Source: Thermodesulfobacteriota bacterium (GTDB lineage: Bacteria > Desulfobacterota_D > UBA1144 > Nemesobacterales > Mycalebacteriaceae). Taken from it: a DNA stretch of 64,000 nt. The stretch spans positions 64,001-128,000 of the forward strand of contig CBDAQI010000012.1 of the NCBI GenBank assembly GCA_965198945.1. The letters are read 5' to 3'. The number at the start of each line of letters is the position of its first letter. The first letter of the stretch is position 1. The notes under the pieces are model-generated. The model worked only from the letters and a program-made list of their open reading frames with translations, did no database searches and had not been told where the DNA came from. This document shows positions 9,220-19,625 of this stretch, in pieces. Both the position numbers and the translations under genes were made by a program.

Positions 9220-10467
9220 ATGATTTTCCGTATTTTTGCCGCGTTTTTTATCCTGCTGGTTTCTAATTATTACGGTGCGCCCGTCTACGCTCTGGAAGGA
9301 GGGGAACTGTTTGTAAGTAAGAGGTGTGTCCGTTGCCACACAATCGGTCGGGGAAGGTTTGTCGGTCCCGATCTTAAAGCTGTTTTTGACAAATACCCAA
9401 GAGAGAAAATTGTTCTCTGGATAACGAATCCTTCCGCGGTTTATGCTGCGGAAGGTATGCCGGTCAACGAGGGCTATCCTCCGATGCCCCGGACGGATGT
9501 GAGCCCGGAGGATGCGGAAAAAATTGCGGACTATCTGTTTTCTCTAAATGACATTGCGCCCGTCCCTCCGGATGGTGTTTTTGTCGGCAGGGTTATCAAT
9601 GAAACAACCGGCTCTCCCGCGGCGGGGATGGAAGTTTCGCTGGGCTCATTTATGGGTGACCGCCCGATTTCAATCCTTGCTGAAAATACCGGGGAGGATG
9701 GCGGTTTCATTTTTGAAGGGCTTTCCTGGGGGGCTTCTCATAAAATCTCAATTCAAAAAGACGGCGTCTTGTATGAGACGGACAAGATGGTTTTTCAACC
9801 GGGGCAGAAAGAGATAAGGGTCAGTTTGCCGGTATACGAAACCACAAAAGACGACCGCTCCATATCCCTTGAGTTTAACCACCTGATAGTTGAGCCTTTT
9901 GAAGATGCGGTCAGGGTCGCGGAACTTGCCGGGTTCGTCAACAGCGGGAAAGTCGTGGTTGTTTCAGATGAGAACAATAAGGATCCCTCCACTCTGCGTT
10001 TGGGTGTTCCCGCGGCCGCAACAAATCTGAATTTCATCCACCGGGGCGGGGATTCCGGAGACGTTTCCGAACAAACCCCCGCTTTCACACTTCCCATGCT
10101 TCCGGGATCCAAAACGGTTTTGTTCTCATATGAGATTCCATTTTCAGGCGGAATATTCGGTTCTGAAAAAGCCGTTTTCACGAAAACTCTTCAATACGAC
10201 ACCGCTTCTTTTGTTGTTCTTTCACCCGCTCTTGAAGGTGTTCGGGTTGAGGGGCTTGGGGACGGCGGCCGCGTAAGCGGAAAGGACGGAAAGGTTTTTA
10301 TAAATTGGGAAGGCGGCTGGCTCAAAAAGGGCGACAAAGTGAAAATTTCCGTGTCTTTAGACGGCGGAAAGAGACCGGTGTGGTTTTTTCCTTTCCTTAT
10401 TTTTACATTTGTTCTGACTGCTGCGGTTTTGTTTCGCGTTCTGAGGGGAAATCGGTCTTCCGTTTAG
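9220..10467 (+). CDS. Membrane-anchored c-type cytochrome with beta-sandwich (carboxypeptidase regulatory-like) domains
   Basis: Signal peptide, CVRCH heme site, GPDL, distal Met in YPPMP, GRVINETTG..G.F.F beta-domain, C-terminal TM with basic tail. Confidence 0.82.
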   Translation: MIFRIFAAFFILLVSNYYGAPVYALEGGELFVSKRCVRCHTIGRGRFVGPDLKAVFDKYPREKIVLWITNPSAVYAAEGMPVNEGYPPMPRTDVSPEDAEKIADYLFSLNDIAPVPPDGVFVGRVINETTGSPAAGMEVSLGSFMGDRPISILAENTGEDGGFIFEGLSWGASHKISIQKDGVLYETDKMVFQPGQKEIRVSLPVYETTKDDRSISLEFNHLIVEPFEDAVRVAELAGFVNSGKVVVVSDENNKDPSTLRLGVPAAATNLNFIHRGGDSGDVSEQTPAFTLPMLPGSKTVLFSYEIPFSGGIFGSEKAVFTKTLQYDTASFVVLSPALEGVRVEGLGDGGRVSGKDGKVFINWEGGWLKKGDKVKISVSLDGGKRPVWFFPFLIFTFVLTAAVLFRVLRGNRSSV

Positions 10468-12014
10468 ATGTTTTTACTGAAAAATTCGCTCATGGCATCA
10501 GCCAAGCCCTCGCCGATATGTTTTTTTGCAATAACCGACGGTTTGAATCCCGCTTCTTCAATGGTTTTTGCGGTGATGGGACCTATGCAGCCGATTGCGG
10601 TTTTGCTCAAAATCTCATTGGCATTTTTGAAAATGGAGGAAAAATTCGCAGCTGAAGACGAACTCGTGAAAACAACCATATCCACCGCCCCGTCAAGCAT
10701 TTCACGCCCGACCGCCCTGATTACGGCGGGGTCGTGTTTCGGGATCCGTGTCCGGTAACAAGTCGCCGTTTCAACCTTGGCGCCCATTTTCAAAAGACCT
10801 TCAGGCAATACTTCTCTGGCTTTTTCCGCTCTCGGAATAAAAAATGTTTTTCCGCGCACTTTGTGTTTTTTCAGTTCCGCAAGTATCCCTTCGGCGGTAA
10901 AATTTTTCGGAACAATGTCCGCCGTAACTCCGTATTGGTTCAGGGTATCCGCGGTTTTGCTTCCTATTGAAACGGTTTTTACGCCCGAAAGAGTCCTTGA
11001 ATCAAAAACTTTCCTGCGCAGTCTCGCAAAAAATCTCTCAATTCCGTTAACACTTGTGAAAATAAGAAAATCACAGACGGAAAGATTTTTTATCAAACTG
11101 TCCGTCTCTTTCCAGGAAGCGGGCGGAATAATCTCAATGCACGGAAAAGATATTACCTCCGCTCCGCGCTGCTGCAGCAGTTTGACAAAATCCGCCGACT
11201 GTCCCGCCGGTCTTGTAACGACTATTTTTTTCCCGAAAAGCGGTTTTTTTTCAAACCAGTTCAGTTTTTCTCTCATTCCTATTGCGCCGCCCACCATAAA
11301 AACCGCCGGGGCCAGGTTTTTCCGTTCTCCGCGGATTTTTTCACATATGTTTTCAAGTGTGCCGACAACGGTTTTCTGTTTTCCCGTTGTTCCGCGCGAG
11401 GTTACCATCACGGATGTGTCCGGAGGTTTGTTCGCCTTTGTCAGCAGCTTGATTATCTCCTCAATGTTGTTCAAAGACATCAGAAACACAACCGTTTCCA
11501 TTGCCGCAAGAGACTCCCAGTTCAGCCCCGATTCTTTCCCGGGTTTTTCATGCCCGGTTACGACCGCAAAAGATGAATTAAAATCCCTGTGAGTGAGGGG
11601 CACGCCCGAATACGCGGGAACCGAGTAAACTGAACTCACACCCGGAACTATCTCAACCGTGATTCCGGCTGATACCAGCGCTTCGGTCTCTTCTCCCCCC
11701 CTTCCAAACACAAACGGATCTCCTCCCTTGAGGCGAACAACTGTTTGGCCTCGCTTTGCGCGGTCAATCAGAAGGCGGTTTATCTCTTTCTGTTCAAATG
11801 TCTTGAACCCCTTTTTTTTCCCGGCGAAAATCATCTCCGCTCCGGCGGGAGCAAATTCCAGAAGTGAATCGTTCGCCAGAGCATCGTAGACAATCACATC
11901 CGCCACGGCGAGTATTTCCATTCCCTTTACAGTAATCAGTCCCGGATCGCCCGGCCCCGCGCCCACAAGATAGACCGCCGCCCGTCCGTAGTCTGATTTT
12001 TCCCTTTTTTTCAT
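10464..12014 (-). CDS. cobA: Uroporphyrinogen-III C-methyltransferase / uroporphyrinogen-III synthase fusion (CobA-HemD)
   Basis: VYLVGAGPGDPGLIT and RLKGGDPFVFGRGGEE, followed by HemD domain PLFGKKIVVTRP...FTSVNG...FTSSS. Confidence 0.95.
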   Translation of the reverse strand: MKKREKSDYGRAAVYLVGAGPGDPGLITVKGMEILAVADVIVYDALANDSLLEFAPAGAEMIFAGKKKGFKTFEQKEINRLLIDRAKRGQTVVRLKGGDPFVFGRGGEETEALVSAGITVEIVPGVSSVYSVPAYSGVPLTHRDFNSSFAVVTGHEKPGKESGLNWESLAAMETVVFLMSLNNIEEIIKLLTKANKPPDTSVMVTSRGTTGKQKTVVGTLENICEKIRGERKNLAPAVFMVGGAIGMREKLNWFEKKPLFGKKIVVTRPAGQSADFVKLLQQRGAEVISFPCIEIIPPASWKETDSLIKNLSVCDFLIFTSVNGIERFFARLRRKVFDSRTLSGVKTVSIGSKTADTLNQYGVTADIVPKNFTAEGILAELKKHKVRGKTFFIPRAEKAREVLPEGLLKMGAKVETATCYRTRIPKHDPAVIRAVGREMLDGAVDMVVFTSSSSAANFSSIFKNANEILSKTAIGCIGPITAKTIEEAGFKPSVIAKKHIGEGLADAMSEFFSKNI

Positions 12015-12045
12015 AAACACATTAGCAATAACAACGGGCTCGGTC

Positions 12046-12070
12046 TTGTCAAGGCCGGCGCGCTTGACAA
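12046..12070. promoter_or_regulatory. Inverted repeat TTGTCAAG-N9-CTTGACAA; probable back-to-back -35 elements of the divergent cobA and spy-like promoters
   Basis: Perfect 8-bp inverted repeat with TTGACA on each strand, in a divergent intergenic region. Confidence 0.5.
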
Positions 12071-12125
12071 ACTCACATTTTTTTTTAGTTTTATATTCAG
12101 CGGTGAGACCCGCGGGGAGGCTTTT

Positions 12126-12740
12126 ATGATATCCGGACGGTCCTTTCTTTATTGTTTGGCGGCGGCTTTTTTCGTCGTTTTGCTTAATCCTTCCGTTTCA
12201 CGGGCGGACAGCGATTGCCCTTCTTCAGACCACGAGGAAGATAAAGAATTTTCGGAAAGATGGTTTTCACACAGCAAAAGTCATCATGATCATGACGACC
12301 ATCATGAATACCCCAAAAACTACAAAAGCAAAAGTCATGATGATGACCGTCATGGATACCGCAAAGATTACAAGTACAAGAAAAGTTCCCGGCACAAGTG
12401 GAAGCGGCGGGCCGGGCCTTTCTGGTGGAGAACCTCTTTCATGGCGGAGCGTTTGAGTCTAAGTGAACAGCAGATTTCAAAACTGGATGGAATCGCCGTT
12501 TCGTATACGCCGCGTATTTCAGAGGCTTATCATGAAATGTATGAAGCGAAGCTGGAGTTTAACAGAGCGGTTGCAGACCCGGAATCTTCGTCCAAAAAAA
12601 TCAAGGCGGCGGCTGATAAAAAATACAAGGCATGGGTGGATAAAAAAATGATTAAGCTGGACATGCTTCTTGAAATGCGAAAAGTCCTGACGCCTGAACA
12701 GATTAGAGATTTGACGCTTTTGAAAATGAAAAACAAGTGA
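12126..12740 (+). CDS. Spy/CpxP/ZraP-like periplasmic protein with His/Asp-rich tandem repeat
   Basis: Signal peptide, His-rich stretch, [11 protein letters not shown] and VLTPEQ (LTXXQ) motifs. Confidence 0.82.
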   Translation: MISGRSFLYCLAAAFFVVLLNPSVSRADSDCPSSDHEEDKEFSERWFSHSKSHHDHDDHHEYPKNYKSKSHDDDRHGYRKDYKYKKSSRHKWKRRAGPFWWRTSFMAERLSLSEQQISKLDGIAVSYTPRISEAYHEMYEAKLEFNRAVADPESSSKKIKAAADKKYKAWVDKKMIKLDMLLEMRKVLTPEQIRDLTLLKMKNK

Positions 12741-14787
12741 AAATTCATGCGGATTCGGGGACGGGCGAGCGGAGTTTTAATCTCCACAGTGAATTTGAAC
12801 CGGCGGGAGGGCAGCCCGGAGCCATAGAACAGATTATATCGCGGCTTCGTGACGGCATTCCCGACCAGGTTCTTCTCGGTGTGACCGGCAGCGGAAAGAC
12901 CTTTACCGTTGCTCACGCGATTGCACGCACGGGGCGGCCGGCGCTTGTTCTTGCGCACAACAAAATCCTCGCCGCACAGCTCTACGGAGAGTTCAAAAAC
13001 CTGTTTCCGGACAACGCCGTTCACTATTTCATAAGTTACTACGATTACTATCAGCCTGAAGCGTATATACCTCAGAGCAACACTTACATAGAGAAAGATG
13101 TTGCAATCAACGACCATATAGACAAGATGCGCCATGCGGCCACCACGGCGCTTTTTGAACGCCGCGACATAATAGTTGTGGCCAGTGTGTCAGCCATATA
13201 CGGCATCGGAGCCCCGCAGGACTATTACGGAATGATGAACTTCATTCAACCGGGCGCAAAAACGGACAGAGATGTTTTTCTGTCAAGACTTGCGGGTATT
13301 CAATATGAAAGGAGCGGTGAAGTTCTGCAAAGGGGAACCTTCAGGGTTCGCGGCGATGTTGTTGATGTTATGCACTCCCACGGCGAAAATGAGGCTGTGA
13401 GAATTGAGTTTTTCGGTGAAACGGTTGAGAGCGTGAGTGCGATTGACGGCAATACCGGAGCTTTTCTACGCCATATGGAAAAGGCCTCTTTTTATCCCGC
13501 CTCCCACTATGTTGCTCCGAGAGAAAAGCTGCTCGCCGCCATAGATTCAATCAAGAAAGAGCTTGAGGAGAGAATCGCGTATTTTTCCTCCCGTGCAATG
13601 GAGGAGGAAAAAAACAGAATACGGGAACGAACCCGGAGAGATATTGAGTTTCTTGAAACCATGGGATTTTGTCCCGGAATAGAAAACTATTCCCGGCACC
13701 TTTCCGGGAGAGCCGAGGAGGAGCCTCCGTTCACTCTTCTTGACTATTTTCCCGATGATTTTATTTGTGTGATAGATGAGAGCCACCAGACCGTTCCGCA
13801 GATTCGCGGCATGCACGCCGGAGACAGGAGCCGCAAACAGACACTTGTTGAACACGGTTTCAGGCTTCCGTCCGCAATAGACAACAGGCCTCTCAACTTT
13901 GATGAGTTTGCCGAAAGGGTCGGCCAGGTTATTTACGTTTCCGCCACTCCGGCGCAGTATGAAATCAGAAAATCCGCCGGTTCGGTTGCCGAACAGATAA
14001 TCCGTCCGACCGGTCTTGCCGACCCGGAGGTTGAAGTTCGTCCCGCCCGCGGCCAGGTTGAAGACCTTCTCGGAGAGGTCCGCACTGCGGCCCGTGCGGG
14101 CGAGCGGGTTCTTGTTTCCACACTCACGAAAAAAATGGCGGAGGATCTGACAGATTATTACAGGGAGGCGGGCGTGAGGGTGCGTTATATGCATTCTGAA
14201 ATAGAGACTCTTGAGAGGGTTCGCATAATACGGGATTTGAGAAGCGGTGAATTTGATGTTCTTGTCGGCATTAACCTTCTGCGCGAGGGGCTTGATATCC
14301 CGGAAGTGGCTTTGTTTGCGGTGCTTGACGCGGACAGGGAAGGTTATTTGCGCAGTGAGACTTCTTTGATTCAGATGTTCGGCAGAGCGGCCAGAAAACA
14401 GCGCGGGCAGAGTAATAATGTATGGCGATGAAACAACCGGCTCAATGAGAGCCGCCATGCGCGAGACTGCGCGGCGAAGACAAATGCAGCTTGAATATAA
14501 TGAGAAAAACGGCATAGTTCCCTCCGATATCAGAAAAAATATCAACGGGGCCATGGGGCTTGTTTGCGATGCAGACTATGTTGATTTTTCCGAAGATGAG
14601 GCAGTCCCCGTCTGACATTGCCCCGGAAAAGATACCGGGGGGTCATAAAGTCTCTCACGGCTGAGATGAAAAAAAAGCGCGGATGGTCTGGAATTTGAGA
14701 AGGCGGCCGGGTTTGAAAAAAAGAATAAGAAAACTTAAAGAAATGGAAGCGGAGTATATTGCGGGAATGAACGGCCGCGGAGCCTGA
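12737..14787 (+). CDS. uvrB: Excinuclease ABC subunit B. The 3' end carries about five +1 homopolymer indels, probably sequencing errors.
   Basis: [32 protein letters not shown]. After 14398 the protein continues in shifted frames: [16 protein letters not shown], then UVR domain [30 protein letters not shown], to TGA at 14785-14787. Confidence 0.93.
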
Positions 14788-14915
14788 TTTTTCTTTTTTT
14801 ACAATCAGGGTTTTAATTCTTTTCCGGTTTGACGGATGACTTGCAGGTGGTTTCCGTCAACTTGCTTAAAAACTGCGGTTTGATTAAAATAACCGGCGGA
14901 CAGCCACTGGTTTTG

Positions 14916-14943
14916 CAGAAGCGGGCCCGCGAGCCCGCTTCTG
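14916..14943 (+). promoter_or_regulatory. rimP-leader-like GC-rich hairpin upstream of the rimP-nusA-infB operon
   Basis: CAGAAGCGGGC-ccgcga-GCCCGCTTCTG, an 11-bp perfect stem about 20 nt before rimP. Resembles the GGGC..GCCC hairpin typical of rimP leaders. Confidence 0.65.
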
Positions 14944-14963
14944 TGTAGTCGGGCGGAGGTTTT

Positions 14964-15422
14964 ATGAACGGCACAACGGTGAAAAGACTGTCTGATATAG
15001 TTGAAAAAGTTATCTGTGGAACTCCGTTTGAGCTTGTGGATTTACGCTTTGCGGGGGGCGGAAAGGTTGCGGTTTTTGTTGACAGACCGGGCGGTGTGAG
15101 CATAGGAGAGTGCTCGGAATTGAGCAGGGAAATAGGAGTTTTGATTGATATTGAAGAGGTCATGAGCGGCCGTTACACGCTTGAAGTGTCATCCCCGGGG
15201 CCGGAAAGACCCCTGAAAAAACCGGGTGACTATAAAAGGTTCTGCGGAAGAAGAGCCAAGATAAGAACAAAGGAGATTCTGAATGGTCGCAAGGTGTTTA
15301 TAGGACGCATAGACGGAATAGAAAACGGTTTTGTGAGGATGTCCGCCGAAGAAACGGCTGACGAAGTTTTTTCCATCCCGTTTGAAGATATAGAGAAGGG
15401 AAATTTGAAACTGGAGTTATGA
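14964..15422 (+). CDS. rimP: Ribosome maturation factor RimP
   Basis: VFVDRPGGVSIGEC..LSREI, YTLEVSSPGPERPL; position before nusA. Confidence 0.95.
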   Translation: MNGTTVKRLSDIVEKVICGTPFELVDLRFAGGGKVAVFVDRPGGVSIGECSELSREIGVLIDIEEVMSGRYTLEVSSPGPERPLKKPGDYKRFCGRRAKIRTKEILNGRKVFIGRIDGIENGFVRMSAEETADEVFSIPFEDIEKGNLKLEL

Positions 15423-15426
15423 CAAA

Positions 15427-16863
15427 ATGTCCACGGAGTTGAACAGAGTTATAGAAACTGTGGTGAAAGAGAAAAGTCTCAAGAAGCAGGAAGTGATCAA
15501 AGCCGTTGAAGACGCGGTCATAAGCGCGGTTGAGAGCGTTGCCAAAAGAGACTACGAAACCGGCGAGTTTGAGGTTCAATACAACGAACAGGAAGGCATT
15601 ATTGAATTGTTCCAATATAAAGATGTGGTTGAGGAGGTCTCAGACCCCACAAGACAGATAGACATAAAAAAAGCCGTGCAACTTGACCATGAAGCTGAAA
15701 TCGGAGAGGAAATAGGGGTTCGCGTCTGGACTTCGGAGTCTTTTCCCGGAAAAGAGTCTTCAAACGGAGAACCCGGTGACGAGATGTTTTCCCATAAGGG
15801 ATTTACGCGTGTTGCTATCCATAACGCCAAACAGAAAATAATGCAGAAGGTTAAAGAGGCGGAGGGCAGGTTTATCTACGAGGAGTTCATAAACTACAAA
15901 GGCAGGCTTGTGAACGGGATTGTAAGAAGAATAGAGAGGAGAAGCGTTGTGGTTGATCTTGGCAGAACCGAGGCGATTCTTCCCTACTCACACAAAGCCC
16001 CCAAAGAGTTTTATGAACCCAAAGACCGTATCAAGGCTCTTTTGCTTGAAATTGACAATGAAAAAAGAATCCCGCGCCTAATACTGTCAAGGGTTGCTCC
16101 GGATTTTGTAAAAAGGCTTTTTGAAAGCGAGATTCCCGAAATAGCGGACGGGATAATTGAGATAAAGGCAATCGCCAGAGACCCGGGTTCAAGGATGAAA
16201 ATAGCCGTTTATTCTCATGACCCCGATGTTGACCCGGTCGGCGCTTGTGTCGGAATACGAGGCGCCAGAGTGCAGAACCTGATTCAGGAACTCCAGGGAG
16301 AAAAAATAGACATAGTTCCGTGGTCTGCCAACCTGGGACGTTTTGTTTCAGATTCCCTGTCTCCCGCGGTTGTAAATAAAGTGATAATTGATGAAAGCGC
16401 AAAACAGATGGAGGTTGTTGTTGATGAAGACCAGCCCACTCTGGCGATAGGGCGCGGCGGGCAGAATGTGCGTCTTGCCTCCAATTTGACTGAGTGGAAG
16501 ATAGATATCAAGACCGAAGAACAGGTGAAAAAAGAGAAAGAGCAGTCTCTTGCGATTCTTACAAGTCTTCCTTCAGTCGGCAATGTAGCGGCGAACCTTC
16601 TTTTCAACGAAGGTTTCAGAGGACTGGAGGATGTTGTTTTCGCCGACCCGGCAAACATAAAGTCCGTTTTGAAAGAGTTGAGTGATGAAGAAATTGAATC
16701 AATGATTTCATTTGCGAGGGTTGCCCTCAAAGAAAGCGTGAAGGAGCAGACGGGACAGGAAGCCGCGGAGCCGGTTTCAAATTCCGAAGAGACAAAATCC
16801 GCTGAAGCGGACTCGTTAAAGATGGAGGATGACGCACGGTCCGGCACATCCGAGCGGAACTGA
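15427..16863 (+). CDS. nusA: Transcription termination factor NusA
   Basis: S1/KH motifs ARDPGSRMKIAV, DPVGACVGIRGARV, AIGRGGQNVRLAS. Confidence 0.97.
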   Translation: MSTELNRVIETVVKEKSLKKQEVIKAVEDAVISAVESVAKRDYETGEFEVQYNEQEGIIELFQYKDVVEEVSDPTRQIDIKKAVQLDHEAEIGEEIGVRVWTSESFPGKESSNGEPGDEMFSHKGFTRVAIHNAKQKIMQKVKEAEGRFIYEEFINYKGRLVNGIVRRIERRSVVVDLGRTEAILPYSHKAPKEFYEPKDRIKALLLEIDNEKRIPRLILSRVAPDFVKRLFESEIPEIADGIIEIKAIARDPGSRMKIAVYSHDPDVDPVGACVGIRGARVQNLIQELQGEKIDIVPWSANLGRFVSDSLSPAVVNKVIIDESAKQMEVVVDEDQPTLAIGRGGQNVRLASNLTEWKIDIKTEEQVKKEKEQSLAILTSLPSVGNVAANLLFNEGFRGLEDVVFADPANIKSVLKELSDEEIESMISFARVALKESVKEQTGQEAAEPVSNSEETKSAEADSLKMEDDARSGTSERN

Positions 16864-16886
16864 GACGCGGGCGCTTTTGGCGGTAT

Positions 16887-19244
16887 ATGAAGTTGACGGG
16901 AGTAAATGAACTTGCAAAGGAACTTGGAGTTTCAAGCGCGGATGTTGTATCCGCCGCTAAGGATATTGGAGTAAATCTCTCAATGTATCCGAGTTCTGTG
17001 GATACTGAAACTGCGGAAAAAATAAGAAAAGTTTTTTCGTCCGTTCCCGGAGCGGAAAATTCCGGGGGCGGGGTGAAGGTTGTTGAATTCGGCTCTGGTG
17101 ACAAAAAAATTACCGAGACCAGAACCTCCGGCCGTGTTGTAAGACGCAGAATCAAGGTTGAGAAACCCGCGGAGCAAAAACCGGAGGAAGTTGAATTGCC
17201 TGAAAAACGGACGGCCGCCCAGGCTGCCTGGAGCGCACCGGACGGAGTTCCCGCCAAGGAACCTGAAAAAAAATCCGTGAAGGAAAAACCGGCTGTTCAA
17301 GACCCGGAGAAAGAAAAACTTGCCCGGAAAATAGAGGGCGCGCTTGCTCCAAAACTTACCGCCAGAAAAAAAGAATACATTGTTGATGAGAAGAGCTTCC
17401 GCAGAAAGCAGGAAATCAGGAGAAGAAAACCTCCGCAGCCTCAGACTTCTTCGCCCGCGCCAAAGCCGGCACAGTCTCAGCCACCCGGCAGAAAGAATGT
17501 AAAGATAGGAGAGTCCATCACGCTTGAAGACCTTGCGCGCAGAATGGAAATGAAGCTGAAGGATGTCAGGGCAAAGGCCAGGAGCATTGGTATTGAAAGC
17601 TTTTCAAAAAAACAGCTTGATTATGAGACTGCAATTCTTATCGCCGCCGAATACGGTCTTGATGTTGAGGTTGACAGATTTGACGAAAGTGCCTATCTGA
17701 ATGACAGTGAGGCGGGCTTGGCCAATGAGGCGCCGCGCCCTCCGGTTGTGAGCATCATGGGGCATGTTGATCACGGAAAAACAACCCTTCTTGACACTCT
17801 GCGCAAATCAAATGTCGCTTCCGGGGAGGCGGGGGGAATCACTCAGCGGATCGGGGCCTACAAAGTTGCCTCCGGAGAAAGACAGGTTGTTTTCATAGAC
17901 ACGCCCGGCCATGAGTCGTTTACTTCAATGAGGGCGCGCGGAGCCATGATAAACGATATGGTGATACTTGTTGTCGCCGCTGATGACGGGGTGAAAGCGC
18001 AGACAATTGAGGCCATCAGCCATGCAGGTGCGGCCGGGGTTCCGGTAATTGTTGCCGTTAATAAAATTGACAAAGACGGAGCGGACCCCGAAAACGTTAA
18101 AAGACAGCTTTCCGAGCACGGGCTTGTGGCGGAAGATTGGGGAGGCGACACGCTTTTTGTGGAAATATCGGCAAAAACCGGACAGGGGCTCAAAGAGCTT
18201 CTTGAGATTATTCTTCTTCAGGCCGATATTCTTGAGCTCCGGGCTCCGCAAACCGGTATTGCAAGGGGAATTGTTCTTGAGTCACGGCTTGACAAAGGCC
18301 GGGGTGCGATTGCGGATGTAATTATCAAAAAGGGCGGTCTGAAAGTGGGGGATCATGTTATTGCGGGTATTTTCACCGGAAGAGTCAGGTCCCTTTCCGA
18401 TGAAAACGGCGTAAAACTGAAAACCGCCGGGCCTTCAATGCCGGTTGAAATTATGGGTCTTTCAGGAGTTCCCGATGCGGGCGAGAATTTTTATGTCGTG
18501 CGAGACGAGAAAACCGCCCGCTCCATAGCTGACAACAGACGGTTGAAAATCGGGCAGAGTGAGGCCGCGGCGGCACAGACACCGTCTCTTGATGCGATTG
18601 AAATGATGCGGGAAAGTCAGGAGAATGCGCCGAAGGAGCTTTCCCTTATAATCAAGGGCGACACCCGGGGCTCCATTGAGGCCATCAGGGACTCCATTGG
18701 AAAAATTGAATCGGAAAAATGCACTGTCAAAATAGCGCATTCCGGGGTTGGAGGCATAACCGGCAACGATGTTGATCTTGCCCATGTTACCAATTCTTCA
18801 ATACTGGGATTCAACGTCCGTCCCGATCCGAAAGCAGCCTCGGAAGCTTCCAGGCGCGGAATTTTGATTGAGACCCATTCAATTGTCTATGAGATTCTGG
18901 AGAGAATAAAGCAGATTATGGAAGGCCTTCTTGATCCCCTGGTTGAGGAGGAAACCGTCGGAAACGCCAGGGTTCTGGAAATATTCCGTGTTTCGGGGCA
19001 GAGAGCCGTTGCGGGCTGTATTGTTGATGAAGGCAAAGTTTTGAGAGGGGGGAGCGTAAGAATTGTGCGGGACGGAGCGGTGGTTTATGAAAGTAAAATC
19101 GGCTCATTGAAGAGGTTCAAAGATGATGTCAGAGAGGTTCAGTCGGGTTATGAGTGCGGGCTCACAGTAGAGAATTTCAGCGATGTGAAGGTGGGTGATG
19201 TGCTTGAAATTTATTCCGTAAAGGAAACCGCCCAGCAGTTATAG
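16887..19244 (+). CDS. infB: Translation initiation factor IF-2
   Basis: RPPVVSIMGHVDHGKTTLLD, DTPGHESF, NKID, SLKRFKDDVREV..GYECG. Confidence 0.98.
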   Translation: MKLTGVNELAKELGVSSADVVSAAKDIGVNLSMYPSSVDTETAEKIRKVFSSVPGAENSGGGVKVVEFGSGDKKITETRTSGRVVRRRIKVEKPAEQKPEEVELPEKRTAAQAAWSAPDGVPAKEPEKKSVKEKPAVQDPEKEKLARKIEGALAPKLTARKKEYIVDEKSFRRKQEIRRRKPPQPQTSSPAPKPAQSQPPGRKNVKIGESITLEDLARRMEMKLKDVRAKARSIGIESFSKKQLDYETAILIAAEYGLDVEVDRFDESAYLNDSEAGLANEAPRPPVVSIMGHVDHGKTTLLDTLRKSNVASGEAGGITQRIGAYKVASGERQVVFIDTPGHESFTSMRARGAMINDMVILVVAADDGVKAQTIEAISHAGAAGVPVIVAVNKIDKDGADPENVKRQLSEHGLVAEDWGGDTLFVEISAKTGQGLKELLEIILLQADILELRAPQTGIARGIVLESRLDKGRGAIADVIIKKGGLKVGDHVIAGIFTGRVRSLSDENGVKLKTAGPSMPVEIMGLSGVPDAGENFYVVRDEKTARSIADNRRLKIGQSEAAAAQTPSLDAIEMMRESQENAPKELSLIIKGDTRGSIEAIRDSIGKIESEKCTVKIAHSGVGGITGNDVDLAHVTNSSILGFNVRPDPKAASEASRRGILIETHSIVYEILERIKQIMEGLLDPLVEEETVGNARVLEIFRVSGQRAVAGCIVDEGKVLRGGSVRIVRDGAVVYESKIGSLKRFKDDVREVQSGYECGLTVENFSDVKVGDVLEIYSVKETAQQL

Positions 19245-19265
19245 GGTTTCCCGGAGAAGTTTGGT

Positions 19266-19625
19266 TTGGCAAGCGGCCGCAGTTTCAGTTACGAGAGAAG
19301 GGAGCGTGTGGGGGACCTTCTTCTGAAAGAAATAGCATTGATAATCAGCGAGGGCAAAATCCGTGACACCCGTGTCTCGCGGGCCGTTATAACAAATGTT
19401 TCGCTGTCACGCGATATGTCTTGCGCAAGGGTGTTTTTTACACATCTCAAAGGCGGTTCCACGGACTCAATGCTTGACGCTTTGAACGGAATGTCGGGTT
19501 TTTTCCGAAAGCAGGTTGCGTCCCGGCTGCATTTGAAAAAAGTTCCTTCAATAGAGTTTAGAAAAGATGACGTTCTGGCTTCCGCACAAAAAGTGGAAGA
19601 GATTATCAAGGGTTTTGACGGTTGA
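19266..19625 (+). CDS. rbfA: Ribosome-binding factor A
   Basis: R.ERVGDLL.KEIA, IT.V.LSRD.S.ARVF, L.LKKVP.IEF..D; position after infB. Confidence 0.93.
   Translation: MASGRSFSYERRERVGDLLLKEIALIISEGKIRDTRVSRAVITNVSLSRDMSCARVFFTHLKGGSTDSMLDALNGMSGFFRKQVASRLHLKKVPSIEFRKDDVLASAQKVEEIIKGFDG

Noticed and set aside
10777..11592. 271-aa plus-strand ORF
   Set aside because: Antisense shadow of cobA-hemD.
13547..14554. 335-aa minus-strand ORF
   Set aside because: Antisense shadow of uvrB.
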